In this document: positions 46,499 to 55,502 of the stretch, piece after piece
How positions within the stretch are numbered: the stretch's first letter is position 1
How the letters are laid out: each line of letters begins with the position of its first letter
Source: a virus
Length of the DNA: 64,000 nt
IMG/VR virus record: IMGVR_UViG_3300005288_000003
Coordinates: 1-64,000 of that record
Direction: 5' to 3' (one strand)
Made by a program: the position numbers and the translations under genes
The notes under the pieces: model-generated
Told to the model about the DNA's origin: nothing
The model's database searches: none
What the model saw: only the letters and a program-made list of their open reading frames with translations

Positions 46499-46937
46499 TG
46501 CAGGCTCCTTCGCAGTTTCCCGAAAGCAGGATGTTTCGTTGTTCGATCTTGTAGACACCAATTCCAATACGGAAGTTGTCAGGATCGTTTCTGTTAGCTA
46601 GCATGTCTGAACGAGAGATACCACCAGCATATGGAACAGCTAGGCTGATCGCAATGTTCGGGTCTTTCAGAATCAGTTGCAATGCTTTCATGTAGTTGCT
46701 GAACCAGTCACCACCATAGACTTCAATGTCTCCAGTGCGTTCACGGGTCATGCGAGTTAGTTTGAACAGGATGGCCCGTACAGCATCCATCGTTGCTCTG
46801 TTCTCATTCCCGTTGGCTGCGTCCAAGAAGTATTGGTAATCAGCATCCGTCAGGTATTCGATGTCATCCCAAATATCTCCGACATTCAAACGAATGCGGT
46901 CAACTGGGTTGTTCTGTGGATCGCCTGTATATGGCAT
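46482..46937 (-). CDS. Head-tail adaptor
   Basis: D.IRL.VGD.....L.D; follows the major capsid gene. Confidence 0.7.
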   Translation of the reverse strand: MPYTGDPQNNPVDRIRLNVGDIWDDIEYLTDADYQYFLDAANGNENRATMDAVRAILFKLTRMTRERTGDIEVYGGDWFSNYMKALQLILKDPNIAISLAVPYAGGISRSDMLANRNDPDNFRIGIGVYKIEQRNILLSGNCEGACNGLYF

Positions 46938-46957
46938 GGTGTTCTCCTAAAACAATG

Positions 46958-46981
46958 AAGGGGCGCTACAAGAGCGCCCCG
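46958..46981 (-). terminator. Terminator-like hairpin after the major capsid gene
   Basis: GGGGCGCT-CTTGT-AGCGCCCC-TTCATT. Confidence 0.7.
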
Positions 46982-46986
46982 TTCAA

Positions 46987-48045
46987 TTAGGCACCAACGA
47001 TACCCTTAACGATCAACTGTGGGCGACGTAGGACGCTCAGGAAGTTGGACTCGGTTTGGATTTCGATCATTTGACCACGACCGTCACCGTATTCAAAGGC
47101 GTACATTTCTTGCCCTTGGGTGTTGATGAAGTCGAAGTGATCCGCTGGAGCGTGGTAAGTAACGAAGTTGTCGCTCGAACCTTGGTTGCTTGGCAGGAAG
47201 TAGCACTCGCCAACTGGGATGTAACGCACGCCATCTGGACCAACACCACGGTATTCCACGTAGGTGATGTTCGCGATAGTGAACTCACGGTAGCGGTCGT
47301 CGTAGCCATTGGCTTTCAGACGATCTTTCAGGATTTGTGGCGATTGCTGGTGAGCAAGGTACAAAGCCTTCATGGTTGGGTGGCCGATCAACTTCGAGAA
47401 GAACTCTGGCGAAGCGATAGCGTAGATGTCACCACGGATTGAACCGTCGTGTGCGTTGTCCTGAATCGCAGCGAAGACTTGTTCGGTCTTGGCGATGATG
47501 TCAGTTGTTGCTGTGTTCAGTTCGAAGTCAACAGTTGTACGTGTTGCACCGAATTGAGTGTACCAGTCGTAAGTGACTGTGCCGTTTGGAGCGTAGGCAG
47601 TACCAGTTGTGATGGTGTGCCAGATAGCTTTTTCTTTTGTAGCCGACCAGCTTTGACGGATGGTTTCCAGTTTACGGGCACGAACTGCTGCCAGTGTTTC
47701 CAGAACGTCTTGACCGAACGCACGCTTACCTTGGATGTCACGCGGGGTGATAGCATCGTCAAGTGTGAAGTGTGGAACAGCAAAGCTCATCATACGACGG
47801 CTGTGGTCTGCCGACACTTGGTGACGTTGGCCACGGTGTACGTCAGTTACCAGACCGAAGCCCTTGGTGATTTCTTCCAGAGTGATCGACTCTTGGTTAG
47901 TCGTATCCATGTTGAAGATACCGAGTTGTTGGCCCAGTCCCCAAACGTTCGGGATGATCATCAGTGGAGCTGTCAGGTCGGTGTATTCGTAGTTGTCGCC
48001 ATTGAAGCTACGAACTGCGGCCTTAGCGATTTGAACTTGAGACAT
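46987..48045 (-). CDS. Major capsid protein (lambda gpE-like)
   Basis: PHF..DD.I.P.DIQG.RAFG, ESN.L....RP; strong codon bias; synteny. Confidence 0.9.
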   Translation of the reverse strand: MSQVQIAKAAVRSFNGDNYEYTDLTAPLMIIPNVWGLGQQLGIFNMDTTNQESITLEEITKGFGLVTDVHRGQRHQVSADHSRRMMSFAVPHFTLDDAITPRDIQGKRAFGQDVLETLAAVRARKLETIRQSWSATKEKAIWHTITTGTAYAPNGTVTYDWYTQFGATRTTVDFELNTATTDIIAKTEQVFAAIQDNAHDGSIRGDIYAIASPEFFSKLIGHPTMKALYLAHQQSPQILKDRLKANGYDDRYREFTIANITYVEYRGVGPDGVRYIPVGECYFLPSNQGSSDNFVTYHAPADHFDFINTQGQEMYAFEYGDGRGQMIEIQTESNFLSVLRRPQLIVKGIVGA

Positions 48046-48061
48046 TTATATGCTCCTTGAA

Positions 48062-48445
48062 TTAGTGGATTGCAACGTCGATTTGATCGACAGCGAAGAT
48101 TTGCAGGGTAGCCAGCTTGGTGAAAGCCGTTGCCTTGTTGGCGTCCGATACACCAGCTCCGAATACCAAAGCACGCTTACCAACTTTCGCTTTACCGCGA
48201 GCCAGTAGCAAGGCTTTGCTGAATTCAGCAGCAGATGGACGAGTCAGGTCGTCGATCAGAATGTAAGTTGCGTCACCTACAGTTGCAGGAACAACCAGTT
48301 GGAAGGCGCTGTCCAATACCGAACCAGTGAGGGTGGCGTTGGTTTGTGACTTGTTGATCACTTCGCGAGTAGTACCGCTGTCAGGGAATTCTTCCCATTT
48401 CAGCCAGTTGCTCAGACGCTGAGTGTCAGATGCGTAAATAGCCAT
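48062..48445 (-). CDS. Head decoration protein
   Basis: LSNWLKWEE...TRE...GSVL...ARG.A.V; upstream of the major capsid gene. Confidence 0.7.
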   Translation of the reverse strand: MAIYASDTQRLSNWLKWEEFPDSGTTREVINKSQTNATLTGSVLDSAFQLVVPATVGDATYILIDDLTRPSAAEFSKALLLARGKAKVGKRALVFGAGVSDANKATAFTKLATLQIFAVDQIDVAIH

Positions 48446-48464
48446 TGTTTATTCTCCGTAGAAA

Positions 48465-49349
48465 TTATTTGCCGTATTTGGCTTTGAGGATGCGAGTTGT
48501 TGCGTCAACTTCATCGGCAGTTTTTGCACCGTCACCAGCAACGCCAGCTTCGTTAAACATTTCCGACTCGGATTCAGCAGCTTTTTGTACAGCGAAAGTT
48601 TCAACAACAGCAGCGAATGCTTCTGCGTCCAATGGAGCCAGAGACTTCATCAGTGCTTCAACTTTGTCAGCAGCGACTACAGCAGCTAGTGCTTCTTGAC
48701 GTGATTTTTGAACAGCGGCAACAGCAGCAGTTTCGAATTCAGCAAGTTTGGCTTCGGCAGCTTTCAGCACTTCTGCTTGAGCGTCCAGCGACTTCTGTAC
48801 TTCGGCAACAGCATCAGCCACAGCTTTGGTCACGAATTCTTCGTGAGCCGATTTCAGGATGGTTTCCAAGGGAGTGTCCTCTTGTTCGATTTGGGTTTGT
48901 TCTGGAAGAGCAGCGAACGCTTTCTCCAGCATTTCTTGATCAGCCATAAGGGCCAGATGTTGTTCTGGAGTCAGAGCTGCAAGAGCCTTCTCCACGTCTT
49001 GAGCTTTGTATACCGATTTCATAATGCTGATGGATTCAACACGAGAGTCGATGTAATCTTTCTCGTTGGTATCAGGATACTCGGTGCGGCCATAGCCCAT
49101 AACAGCAGAAAGAACTTCTGCATCATCCCAGTAGAGTCCGAAGAACTTACGAAGGAATTCAGGGAATTGCATTTCGACAGTAACCGATGTGGCCTTGTCT
49201 ACTTGCTCTTGTGTAATGTCGAATGTCGCTTTGGTGATAAGAGTTGTGATCCCATTGGCTGGGCCACCTTGGTGCTTACCGACCAGAGCTACGTGAGCGC
49301 CTTCGTGTTCGAACTTGATGTCCGTTAGGCGACGTGTGGCTTTTGTCAT
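48465..49349 (-). CDS. Scaffolding protein
   Basis: HVALV....G.ANG N-terminus, Ala/Glu coiled coil. Confidence 0.7.
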   Translation of the reverse strand: MTKATRRLTDIKFEHEGAHVALVGKHQGGPANGITTLITKATFDITQEQVDKATSVTVEMQFPEFLRKFFGLYWDDAEVLSAVMGYGRTEYPDTNEKDYIDSRVESISIMKSVYKAQDVEKALAALTPEQHLALMADQEMLEKAFAALPEQTQIEQEDTPLETILKSAHEEFVTKAVADAVAEVQKSLDAQAEVLKAAEAKLAEFETAAVAAVQKSRQEALAAVVAADKVEALMKSLAPLDAEAFAAVVETFAVQKAAESESEMFNEAGVAGDGAKTADEVDATTRILKAKYGK

Positions 49350-49807
49350 TCTGTAAGTTCCTCTACGGTTGCCATAGCGCCAATAGAGACGCCATTGATA
49401 TCACCTGTCTTCACACCTTCCCACATAGCATCAGAGGCTTCTGTACCTTCGGGGAAGTGCCACCATTGCAGCCATGTACCCTTCTGTACAGTCACTCCGT
49501 TATCCAGATTGAAAGTTGCAGGGGCGATGAACGATTGAACAATGTCAGCAGATTGTGTTTCGATCTGGTGGAAAAGGTTAGCTACTTGACAGTGTGTGTT
49601 GAAGTTGTTGCAAGCCTTCTCTACTTCGACTGCGGTATATGTATCACCGTGCAAGTCTACAGTGTCAGGCTCCAACACAACAAAGAGCGCCATGCGCTTT
49701 TCATCATCAAGTGCTTTTGTAACTTCTACTTGAGGCTCTTCTTTGGCTGAACCGCCGAAGTGCTTCTCAATGAGGGCTGCGATGCCCTCAATAAGTGCGT
49801 TGCTCAT
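49346..49807 (-). CDS. Prohead protease (XkdF-like)
   Basis: VLEPD.VD.HGD, NLFH, KGTW, G.SIG. Confidence 0.75.
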   Translation of the reverse strand: MSNALIEGIAALIEKHFGGSAKEEPQVEVTKALDDEKRMALFVVLEPDTVDLHGDTYTAVEVEKACNNFNTHCQVANLFHQIETQSADIVQSFIAPATFNLDNGVTVQKGTWLQWWHFPEGTEASDAMWEGVKTGDINGVSIGAMATVEELTE

Positions 49808-49815
49808 GATAACTC

Positions 49816-51258
49816 CTATGCGTTATTCGCGGCAGAGTTATCTCGGCCACTAGCTGTTTTGGATGCACCATTACCAATTCCGGCTTGTCCAGCTTGGCTT
49901 TGTCCGCCCATGATTTCATCTTCCTTTACAGGAGCGTCATCAGGACGACGAACGATCTTGAGACTATCGCGAATCTTGTTCATAACAGGACGGTCGCGTT
50001 CAAGACCACCAACACTGCCAATACGTTGAATGGCTTTGGAGAACTCATCAAGGTCAACTTCGTCAAGATCACCGTAGACTAGCTTTGGAAGCTTAACGTC
50101 TGGAGATACACCGTTCATTGCGAACAGTTGTTTAACGAGGTCGTTGTTCAGCACATCTTGGATTTCTTGTAGGCGGGCTTCGATAGCCATCGCCATGATG
50201 TTTGTTTTTGCACCAGCCAGAGAGTAAGAACCAACTTGGTCTTGACCCATCTTCAACATGTCAGCAAACAAGACCATTAGGATTTTGTTGTCCCAACGCT
50301 TGATGATTGCGTCCGTGTCGTACATCTTCCCGCCCATAGTCGAAGTTAGTTCGAACTTGAACAGAGGTTGACGTGAATCAGGATCGAATGCTTGGGGAAG
50401 GATCAAACCACTTTGTTCGTTCATCTGGATATTCCGAATGACGTTCTTGTAGTATTCGTAGATCGCTTTCTCAGCGTCAGTTGCGTCTGCACTCATGTAA
50501 CGTGGCGGAAGATACAGGGTTGGCATACCGTTCATGTCACGGGTCACACCAACTGCTTCCTGTTCTTCGATCAGGGTACGATATTTCCAAGCGTGGTATG
50601 CAGCACGGAGAGGACTATTTCCTTCCGGGTTGTCACGCTTTACATCGACTCTGAAATGCAGGAATTTCTTGCGAGGGATGTCAATTGTTCCCGTTGCGTT
50701 CAGTAGCTTGGCATAACGGTCTGTACCGTCTGTGATGCACGCTAAGCTCTGCTGGACACCGATAAGGTCACGCCCGTCATCCGAGTATAGCCATTTGTTT
50801 ACCGTTGCCTGTGAGCGAACTGGGAGCTTCTTGAAGCCTACCTTGTTGTCGTTGTATTGGGAGCCATTGTCCCATGTGCGACGGCGGTAGACTTTCTCGT
50901 TAATGCAATACCCGTAGGTAAATGCACTGGTAACTTCTTGGATGAAAGATCGCCAACTGTGATCCATGTCGTGCATGGCTTCTTCGAGGAATTTGGCATT
51001 GGCTTTCATTTCAGCGGATGGGTCGATTCCAGTATCAACGATCCATTCAACGCGGCTCACCATCATTTCGAACAACGAAAGAGCGGCTGCGATTGTGGCA
51101 TCTTGTGCCATAAGTTGGAAAGTTCTGTTGGCTTCGGGGAAGCGAAGTTCTTTACGAGCTTCTTCCTGAATTCGACCACCGTGTTGTTTGAGTCCTACGA
51201 CACCCAACTCACCCAGTCGAAGACGGGGGATAGATGCCTTTTCGATAACTTCGGTCAT
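49816..51258 (-). CDS. Portal protein
   Basis: NPEG.S.LR.AY..WKY, GSYSLA; follows the terminase gene. Confidence 0.88.
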   Translation of the reverse strand: MTEVIEKASIPRLRLGELGVVGLKQHGGRIQEEARKELRFPEANRTFQLMAQDATIAAALSLFEMMVSRVEWIVDTGIDPSAEMKANAKFLEEAMHDMDHSWRSFIQEVTSAFTYGYCINEKVYRRRTWDNGSQYNDNKVGFKKLPVRSQATVNKWLYSDDGRDLIGVQQSLACITDGTDRYAKLLNATGTIDIPRKKFLHFRVDVKRDNPEGNSPLRAAYHAWKYRTLIEEQEAVGVTRDMNGMPTLYLPPRYMSADATDAEKAIYEYYKNVIRNIQMNEQSGLILPQAFDPDSRQPLFKFELTSTMGGKMYDTDAIIKRWDNKILMVLFADMLKMGQDQVGSYSLAGAKTNIMAMAIEARLQEIQDVLNNDLVKQLFAMNGVSPDVKLPKLVYGDLDEVDLDEFSKAIQRIGSVGGLERDRPVMNKIRDSLKIVRRPDDAPVKEDEIMGGQSQAGQAGIGNGASKTASGRDNSAANNA

Positions 51259-51267
51259 GGCCTCGCC

Positions 51268-52743
51268 TTAATAAAGTCTGAATGGGTTCGTCTGTGTCAT
51301 CACTGGAACAGTGAAGTCAGGCAAGTGAATGTCTGTAGACAAGTTGTTGAATGCGTCCGATGTGGCGTCCACCATGTCGTCTTTGATGTTGCGAGAACCG
51401 TCAAAGCGAACTAGCTCAGAAATGTAATCTCCGTTCCATTCTCCAACTACCATCTGCACGCCACCAGCTTCTGCAACAGCAGCGAAGGGAGCGAATCGGG
51501 TAACTTTGGATTTGTTGGTGGCTTTCATTCGAGCGTAATAGCCATAGTCGGCCAAGTCTCGAATCAACTGGGCAGCATAAGCTTTACCAGCAGCACCGGG
51601 GTCTTGCGGAATGATGATAGTTACATCGTCGCCATCTTGTTTGGCAGTTTCAAGGATGAGGTCGAATACGCCGCCATGCCTGCGTCTGTCACGCACCACA
51701 TGTTCGATGGTATACATACCGGATCGATCTTTCGACATCAATACACCAGCAGTCCAGTCGGGCTCAGGGTTCGTGTCGGAAGGCATTGTACCGCTAATGT
51801 CCCAAGCTCTTACACGCTTACCTGCGTTCAGGGGCGGCATTGGAATCTTGTGAACCCACTCTTCTTTGAAGTATCCGCTACCTTCTTCTCGGGCAAGCCA
51901 ACTACCGTGAAGTAGACGTGCTTTCTCTACACGACCCAAACCTTTGAGCATCGCAACATAGCCGGGATCGGCTTTGCACAATACAGGGTTGTCGTATACG
52001 TTACCTGAAATGAAGCAGAAACTAAGAGGTTGACATTGATCGTGGTGATCGACTGGAAGGCCGGGAGTGTGATACTTCTCATACACTTCTTCCCATGAAG
52101 CACCCCAGTGCATCTTGTCGTTCAAACGGACAAACCATCTTGTAACGCCGTCACGTTCGGGGATTGGAATTCCAGTATCTGGATCAAGCCACCATTCGAG
52201 CCAATGACGCAAGAAGCTGTCATAGTCCGGGTTACATGTGATTTTCATGTGTGGTTTTACGGAACAAGCCGGGTTACGCATACGAGATAGCAAGTATACG
52301 ACCATAGCTTCTTCGAATTGTTGTCCTTCGTCAACGAGGAACTTACTTACCTCCCAACCTTGGAAGTTGTCCTTGGCTTTGAGGTCTTGGAAGTGACGGA
52401 GGAATACCTTAGCTCCGCTAGAGAAAGCGAAGTGGTCTTGTTTTGCTCTCCACTTAACCTTCGGATCAATCAACGAGAAAAGAGCCATTGCTTTTTCTAG
52501 AAGACCACCGGGGCCAGTGAGTTGTGGGGTTGTTCTACGAACGAGAACGCCACGGAAATTTGGATCGTGGACATGTTTCAGAAAGTCCATTACGCCTAAG
52601 TAGGATTTACCTGCCCCAGCCGCTCCACCAAATACAGTGATGTTTGCGTCTGCGTGCATGAAGTCATATTGCTTTGGTGACTTTGGCCCGATGATGTTTG
52701 GGTTCAAATCGAATACTGGATATTCTTTTGGCTTGAGAACCAT
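51268..52743 (-). CDS. terL: Terminase large subunit
   Basis: GGAAGAGKS Walker A, VDE Walker B, TCNP, RAWD, DDMVDA nuclease motifs. Confidence 0.95.
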   Translation of the reverse strand: MVLKPKEYPVFDLNPNIIGPKSPKQYDFMHADANITVFGGAAGAGKSYLGVMDFLKHVHDPNFRGVLVRRTTPQLTGPGGLLEKAMALFSLIDPKVKWRAKQDHFAFSSGAKVFLRHFQDLKAKDNFQGWEVSKFLVDEGQQFEEAMVVYLLSRMRNPACSVKPHMKITCNPDYDSFLRHWLEWWLDPDTGIPIPERDGVTRWFVRLNDKMHWGASWEEVYEKYHTPGLPVDHHDQCQPLSFCFISGNVYDNPVLCKADPGYVAMLKGLGRVEKARLLHGSWLAREEGSGYFKEEWVHKIPMPPLNAGKRVRAWDISGTMPSDTNPEPDWTAGVLMSKDRSGMYTIEHVVRDRRRHGGVFDLILETAKQDGDDVTIIIPQDPGAAGKAYAAQLIRDLADYGYYARMKATNKSKVTRFAPFAAVAEAGGVQMVVGEWNGDYISELVRFDGSRNIKDDMVDATSDAFNNLSTDIHLPDFTVPVMTQTNPFRLY

Positions 52744-52792
52744 CGTGCCTCCTTGCTGTAAGGTTAATGGGAATGTCCCGCTTTATGTGAGT

Positions 52793-52820
52793 AGTATAAC
52801 CCGGAAGTTGAGTTTGTCAA
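52793..52820 (-). promoter_or_regulatory. Promoter TTGACA-N16-TATACT upstream of terL
   Basis: Hexamers in the intergenic gap. Confidence 0.7.
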
Positions 52821-52852
52821 CCCCCGAGTGTAACATTTATCCAATCAGACTG

Positions 52853-53065
52853 TCAAGCCTTCAATGCAGCAATAATTGCGTTAATAGCAACCTTGTTTGC
52901 ATTCGCCAAAGCTTGTGCCGTTGGTAGGTCAGTAGCGTTCGCAGTTGTAACTGGAGTTAGGGCAGCAACAGCAGCAGCCACTCCAGAGTCGATGAACGCT
53001 CCAGCTTTGATACCTTCAAGCAGTCCAAGTTGTGCAACCAGTGCGTATTGTTCCGATGTAGTCAT
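52853..53065 (-). CDS. Small Ala-rich protein (head fibre-like)
   Basis: ATDL.TAQALANA.K..INAIIAALKA. Confidence 0.6.
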   Translation of the reverse strand: MTTSEQYALVAQLGLLEGIKAGAFIDSGVAAAVAALTPVTTANATDLPTAQALANANKVAINAIIAALKA

Positions 53066-53112
53066 TTTGATTTCCTTGAGTTGAGTGTGCCGTGATGGCA
53101 AATTGTAGAAAC

Positions 53113-53136
53113 GAGAAAACCCACGCGAGGTGGGTT
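53113..53136 (-). terminator. Terminator ending the tRNA cluster
   Basis: AACCCAC-CTCGC-GTGGGTT-TTCTC. Confidence 0.65.
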
Positions 53137-53202
53137 ATCTTGACAAGACGTATCGGCTAAGGTAGCTCTTGGCTACATGCGAGTGCTCCGATTGTCTATG
53201 TT

Positions 53203-53274
53203 TGGAGCAGAATGTCAGAATCGAACTGACCTCATCAGCTTGGAAGGCTGGGCGCTCACCTTGAGCAATCCTGC
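53203..53274 (-). tRNA. tRNA-Gly(TCC), short D-arm
   Basis: Cloverleaf, CT-TCC-AA loop, TTCGA T-loop, encoded CCA. Confidence 0.8.
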
Positions 53275-53628
53275 ATGAATTTCTCTATGACAGTTGGCAC
53301 AGACCAGAATACACTTATCAACTTCTGCTAGCATCCTTTCGACGGTAGAGTAGTTGTTGATCAGACTCGATGGTTTGTTCTCTTTAACAGACGGGTCTAC
53401 ATGATGGAACTCCAGAGCCGCACTGCACTTATCGTATCCACAGATAGAACAACTATCTCCGAACAGCTCGTACAGAATGCGACGCTTTTCTTCCACAAAA
53501 GAACGTCTGTTGTTTTCCTCGCAAGGTATGCACAAAGGTTTGTACTTTTGCTTACCGGAGGTTTGTTTGCCATTTGTATAGAACTCTGTCAAAGGTTTCA
53601 CATCGAGGCAGGTTTTACACTGCTTCAT
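53215..53628 (-). CDS. HNH endonuclease whose C-terminus reads into tRNA-Gly
   Basis: KQCKTC...KPL.EFY, CSICGYDKC..ALEFHH, C.LVCANCHREIH; GAGG RBS before ATG at 53628. Confidence 0.8.
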   Translation of the reverse strand: MKQCKTCLDVKPLTEFYTNGKQTSGKQKYKPLCIPCEENNRRSFVEEKRRILYELFGDSCSICGYDKCSAALEFHHVDPSVKENKPSSLINNYSTVERMLAEVDKCILVCANCHREIHAGLLKVSAQPSKLMRSVRF

Positions 53629-53652
53629 GTTTACCTCATTCAGTTTGTAATT

Positions 53653-53729
53653 TGGTGGGGCCGGAACGAATCGAACGTTCGACCTGTGGGGTTTCAAGCC
53701 ACCGCTCTAACCTACTGAGCTACAACCCC
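53653..53729 (-). tRNA. tRNA-Phe(GAA)
   Basis: Cloverleaf, CCA. Confidence 0.85.
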
Positions 53730-53734
53730 TTGTG

Positions 53735-53809
53735 TGGAGCCATCTATGGGAGTTGAACCCATCTATTACTGGTTTGCAATCAGCACCCTAGCCGCTCAGG
53801 CAAGATGGA
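53735..53809 (-). tRNA. tRNA-Cys(GCA)
   Basis: Cloverleaf, U73, CCA. Confidence 0.8.
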
Positions 53810-53816
53810 CATAATT

Positions 53817-53893
53817 TGGTGGATACAGGTGGGGATCGAACCCACGACATCCGCATTGCAAGTGCGGCGCTCTCCCATCTGAGCTACTGACCC
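53817..53893 (-). tRNA. tRNA-Ala(TGC)
   Basis: Cloverleaf, G3-U70, CCA. Confidence 0.88.
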
Positions 53894-53900
53894 ATGTGTT

Positions 53901-53974
53901 TGGGGTGACGCAGAGATTCGAACTCTTTCAACCGGGTCACAACCGGAAGTCTCAGCCAGAGAGAACGACGCCAC
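53901..53974 (-). tRNA. tRNA-His(GTG)
   Basis: GTG anticodon, C73, CCA. Confidence 0.75.
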
Positions 53975-54168
53975 AGTCAAGCGTGTTGCTTATCGCGTTT
54001 GCTGCCGCTTTCTCCCAGCGATACCCGAAGGCTTGATAGGACGGTACGATGTCTGCCCTCACTGCACGAATGCTTTCGGGTATAACACCTTTTCAACAAA
54101 ATTGGGTGCAGGACCGGGAGTGCATGCCCGAATTTCCCAACCGTCTCCTTGACAGTTGCCTACATAAT

Positions 54169-54242
54169 TGGTCAGGGTGGAAGGTAACGCTCCTTCTTCT
54201 CAGGATTCCAAATCCAGCACATCACTTTAATGCTTCACCGAG
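54169..54242 (-). tRNA. tRNA-Pro(TGG), atypical
   Basis: TT-TGG-AA loop, CCA; non-canonical T-loop and acceptor mismatches. Confidence 0.6.
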
Positions 54243-54247
54243 ATAAA

Positions 54248-54373
54248 TCATTTCGTGATTCGAATACCGAACCACCAGAAGTCGATCCTTACGGACCAAC
54301 GAGAATCGTTTTGTCCAAAGCCAACTCGCACCATACGGTTGTTGGGTTCCATTTGCACTTTATTGAATCTCAT
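54248..54373 (-). CDS. 41-aa protein within the tRNA cluster
   Basis: AGGAG RBS; MRFNKVQMEP...RIDFWWFGIRITK. Confidence 0.6.
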   Translation of the reverse strand: MRFNKVQMEPNNRMVRVGFGQNDSRWSVRIDFWWFGIRITK

Positions 54374-54392
54374 TTCATACTCCTGTTTAAAT

Positions 54393-54477
54393 TGGTGGTT
54401 GTTCAAGGACTCGAACCTTGGATGTATCATTGTGCCGGGTTACAGCCGGTTCTCTTCGCCGCTAGAGTAAAACAACC
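54393..54477 (-). tRNA. tRNA-Tyr(GTA)
   Basis: Cloverleaf, long variable region, CCA. Confidence 0.85.
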
Positions 54478-54485
54478 ATTTAAAT

Positions 54486-54562
54486 TGGCAGGCAATAGAG
54501 GACTCGAACCTCCCATCTGCTGGTTAACAGCCAGCGACCCACGCCCGGTGAGATCATTGCCT
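54486..54562 (-). tRNA. tRNA-Asn(GTT)
   Basis: Cloverleaf, G73, CCA. Confidence 0.85.
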
Positions 54563-54663
54563 AGAAATCTTCCACGTATGTTTTGGCTCGCCGTGGAACG
54601 AGGGGCCGAGATTTTTATTCCGCTTCGGACGCAGAGCGGTACAGTGGGGAGCAACCCAGTGTT

Positions 54664-54744
54664 TGGTTGCGAAGGGTGGAATCGAACCACTTGCGTCCGG
54701 TTATGAGCCGGTTGACACTTGCCTTGCGTCTTAGCGCCCTCGCA
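54664..54744 (-). tRNA. tRNA-Met(CAT), extended D region
   Basis: CT-CAT-AA loop, TTCGA, CCA. Confidence 0.75.
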
Positions 54745-54750
54745 TTTGTT

Positions 54751-54826
54751 TGGTTGCCGGAGCAGGGCTTGAACCTGCGACCTACCGCTTATCAAGCAGT
54801 TGCTCTACCAACTGAGCTATCCGGCA
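54751..54826 (-). tRNA. tRNA-Ile(GAT)
   Basis: Canonical cloverleaf, CCA. Confidence 0.9.
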
Positions 54827-54832
54827 TTAAAT

Positions 54833-54906
54833 TGGTGCCCCATCACGGAATCGAACCGCATTCTCAACGTTACAAAGGTCATGTAATACCAATATACTAA
54901 AAGGGC
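54833..54906 (-). tRNA. tRNA-Thr(TGT)
   Basis: Cloverleaf with weak anticodon stem, CCA. Confidence 0.75.
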
Positions 54907-55051
54907 ATGTAGCCCCTTACGAGGGCCATGCGGGCGTAGTTGCATCATGCTTGAGCCTTACCACAGGCCCACTTTACCGCGTTGATGTTTGCGGGATAAG
55001 CCTACCGAGATGGCTTTCTCATTGCGACATTTCTGTCCTCGGGCAACAAAT

Positions 55052-55126
55052 TGGCGGTTTATAAGGGAGTTGAACCCTTCCCTCTGGCGTGACAGGCCAG
55101 TGTACTAACCGATATACTAATAGACC
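55052..55126 (-). tRNA. tRNA-Asp(GTC)
   Basis: Cloverleaf, G73, CCA. Confidence 0.88.
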
Positions 55127-55130
55127 AAAT

Positions 55131-55207
55131 TGGTACTCTGCCGGGGACTCGAACCCCGTTCATGAGGGTGAAAACCTCATATCCTAAACCGCGTAGACGA
55201 GCAGAGC
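55131..55207 (-). tRNA. tRNA-Glu(TTC)
   Basis: Cloverleaf, CCA. Confidence 0.88.
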
Positions 55208-55217
55208 ATTTGTTTCT

Positions 55218-55343
55218 TTACTTGGCAGAAGGTGGTTTACCCGGCTTGCCTTTGTTCGGATGACGACCTTTAGGGTCTTTGCGAGAAGCCTTGTCAACCG
55301 GAGCGTGTTCTTTTGTAGCATCGTAATACTTCGACATCTTCAT
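55218..55343 (-). CDS. 41-aa basic peptide (not in ORF track)
   Basis: AAGGAG RBS; MKMSKYYD...KGRHPNKGKPGKPPSAK. Confidence 0.6.
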   Translation of the reverse strand: MKMSKYYDATKEHAPVDKASRKDPKGRHPNKGKPGKPPSAK

Positions 55344-55362
55344 TTCTCCTTTGTTTTGAATT

Positions 55363-55438
55363 TGGTACAGATGATAGGATTCGAACCTATCTGGTACGCC
55401 TTCGTAGGGCGCTGCCTATCCAATCGAGCCACACCTGT
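55363..55438 (-). tRNA. tRNA-Arg(ACG)
   Basis: Cloverleaf, CCA. Confidence 0.88.
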
Positions 55439-55460
55439 ATATCTTGTTGCTATAAGGAGG

Positions 55461-55488
55461 ATTCTACACGACATTTGCACAATGTCAA
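55461..55488 (-). promoter_or_regulatory. Internal tRNA-cluster promoter TTGACA-N16-TAGAAT
   Basis: Consensus hexamers. Confidence 0.8.
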
Positions 55489-55502
55489 GCGTTTATTTAA
55501 AA

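Noticed and set aside
53653-53729. Reading the tRNA as Ser(TGA) or a suppressor
   Set aside because: Stem register places GAA centrally and there is no long variable arm; no CTA/TTA/TCA anticodons or signs of stop-codon recoding were found.
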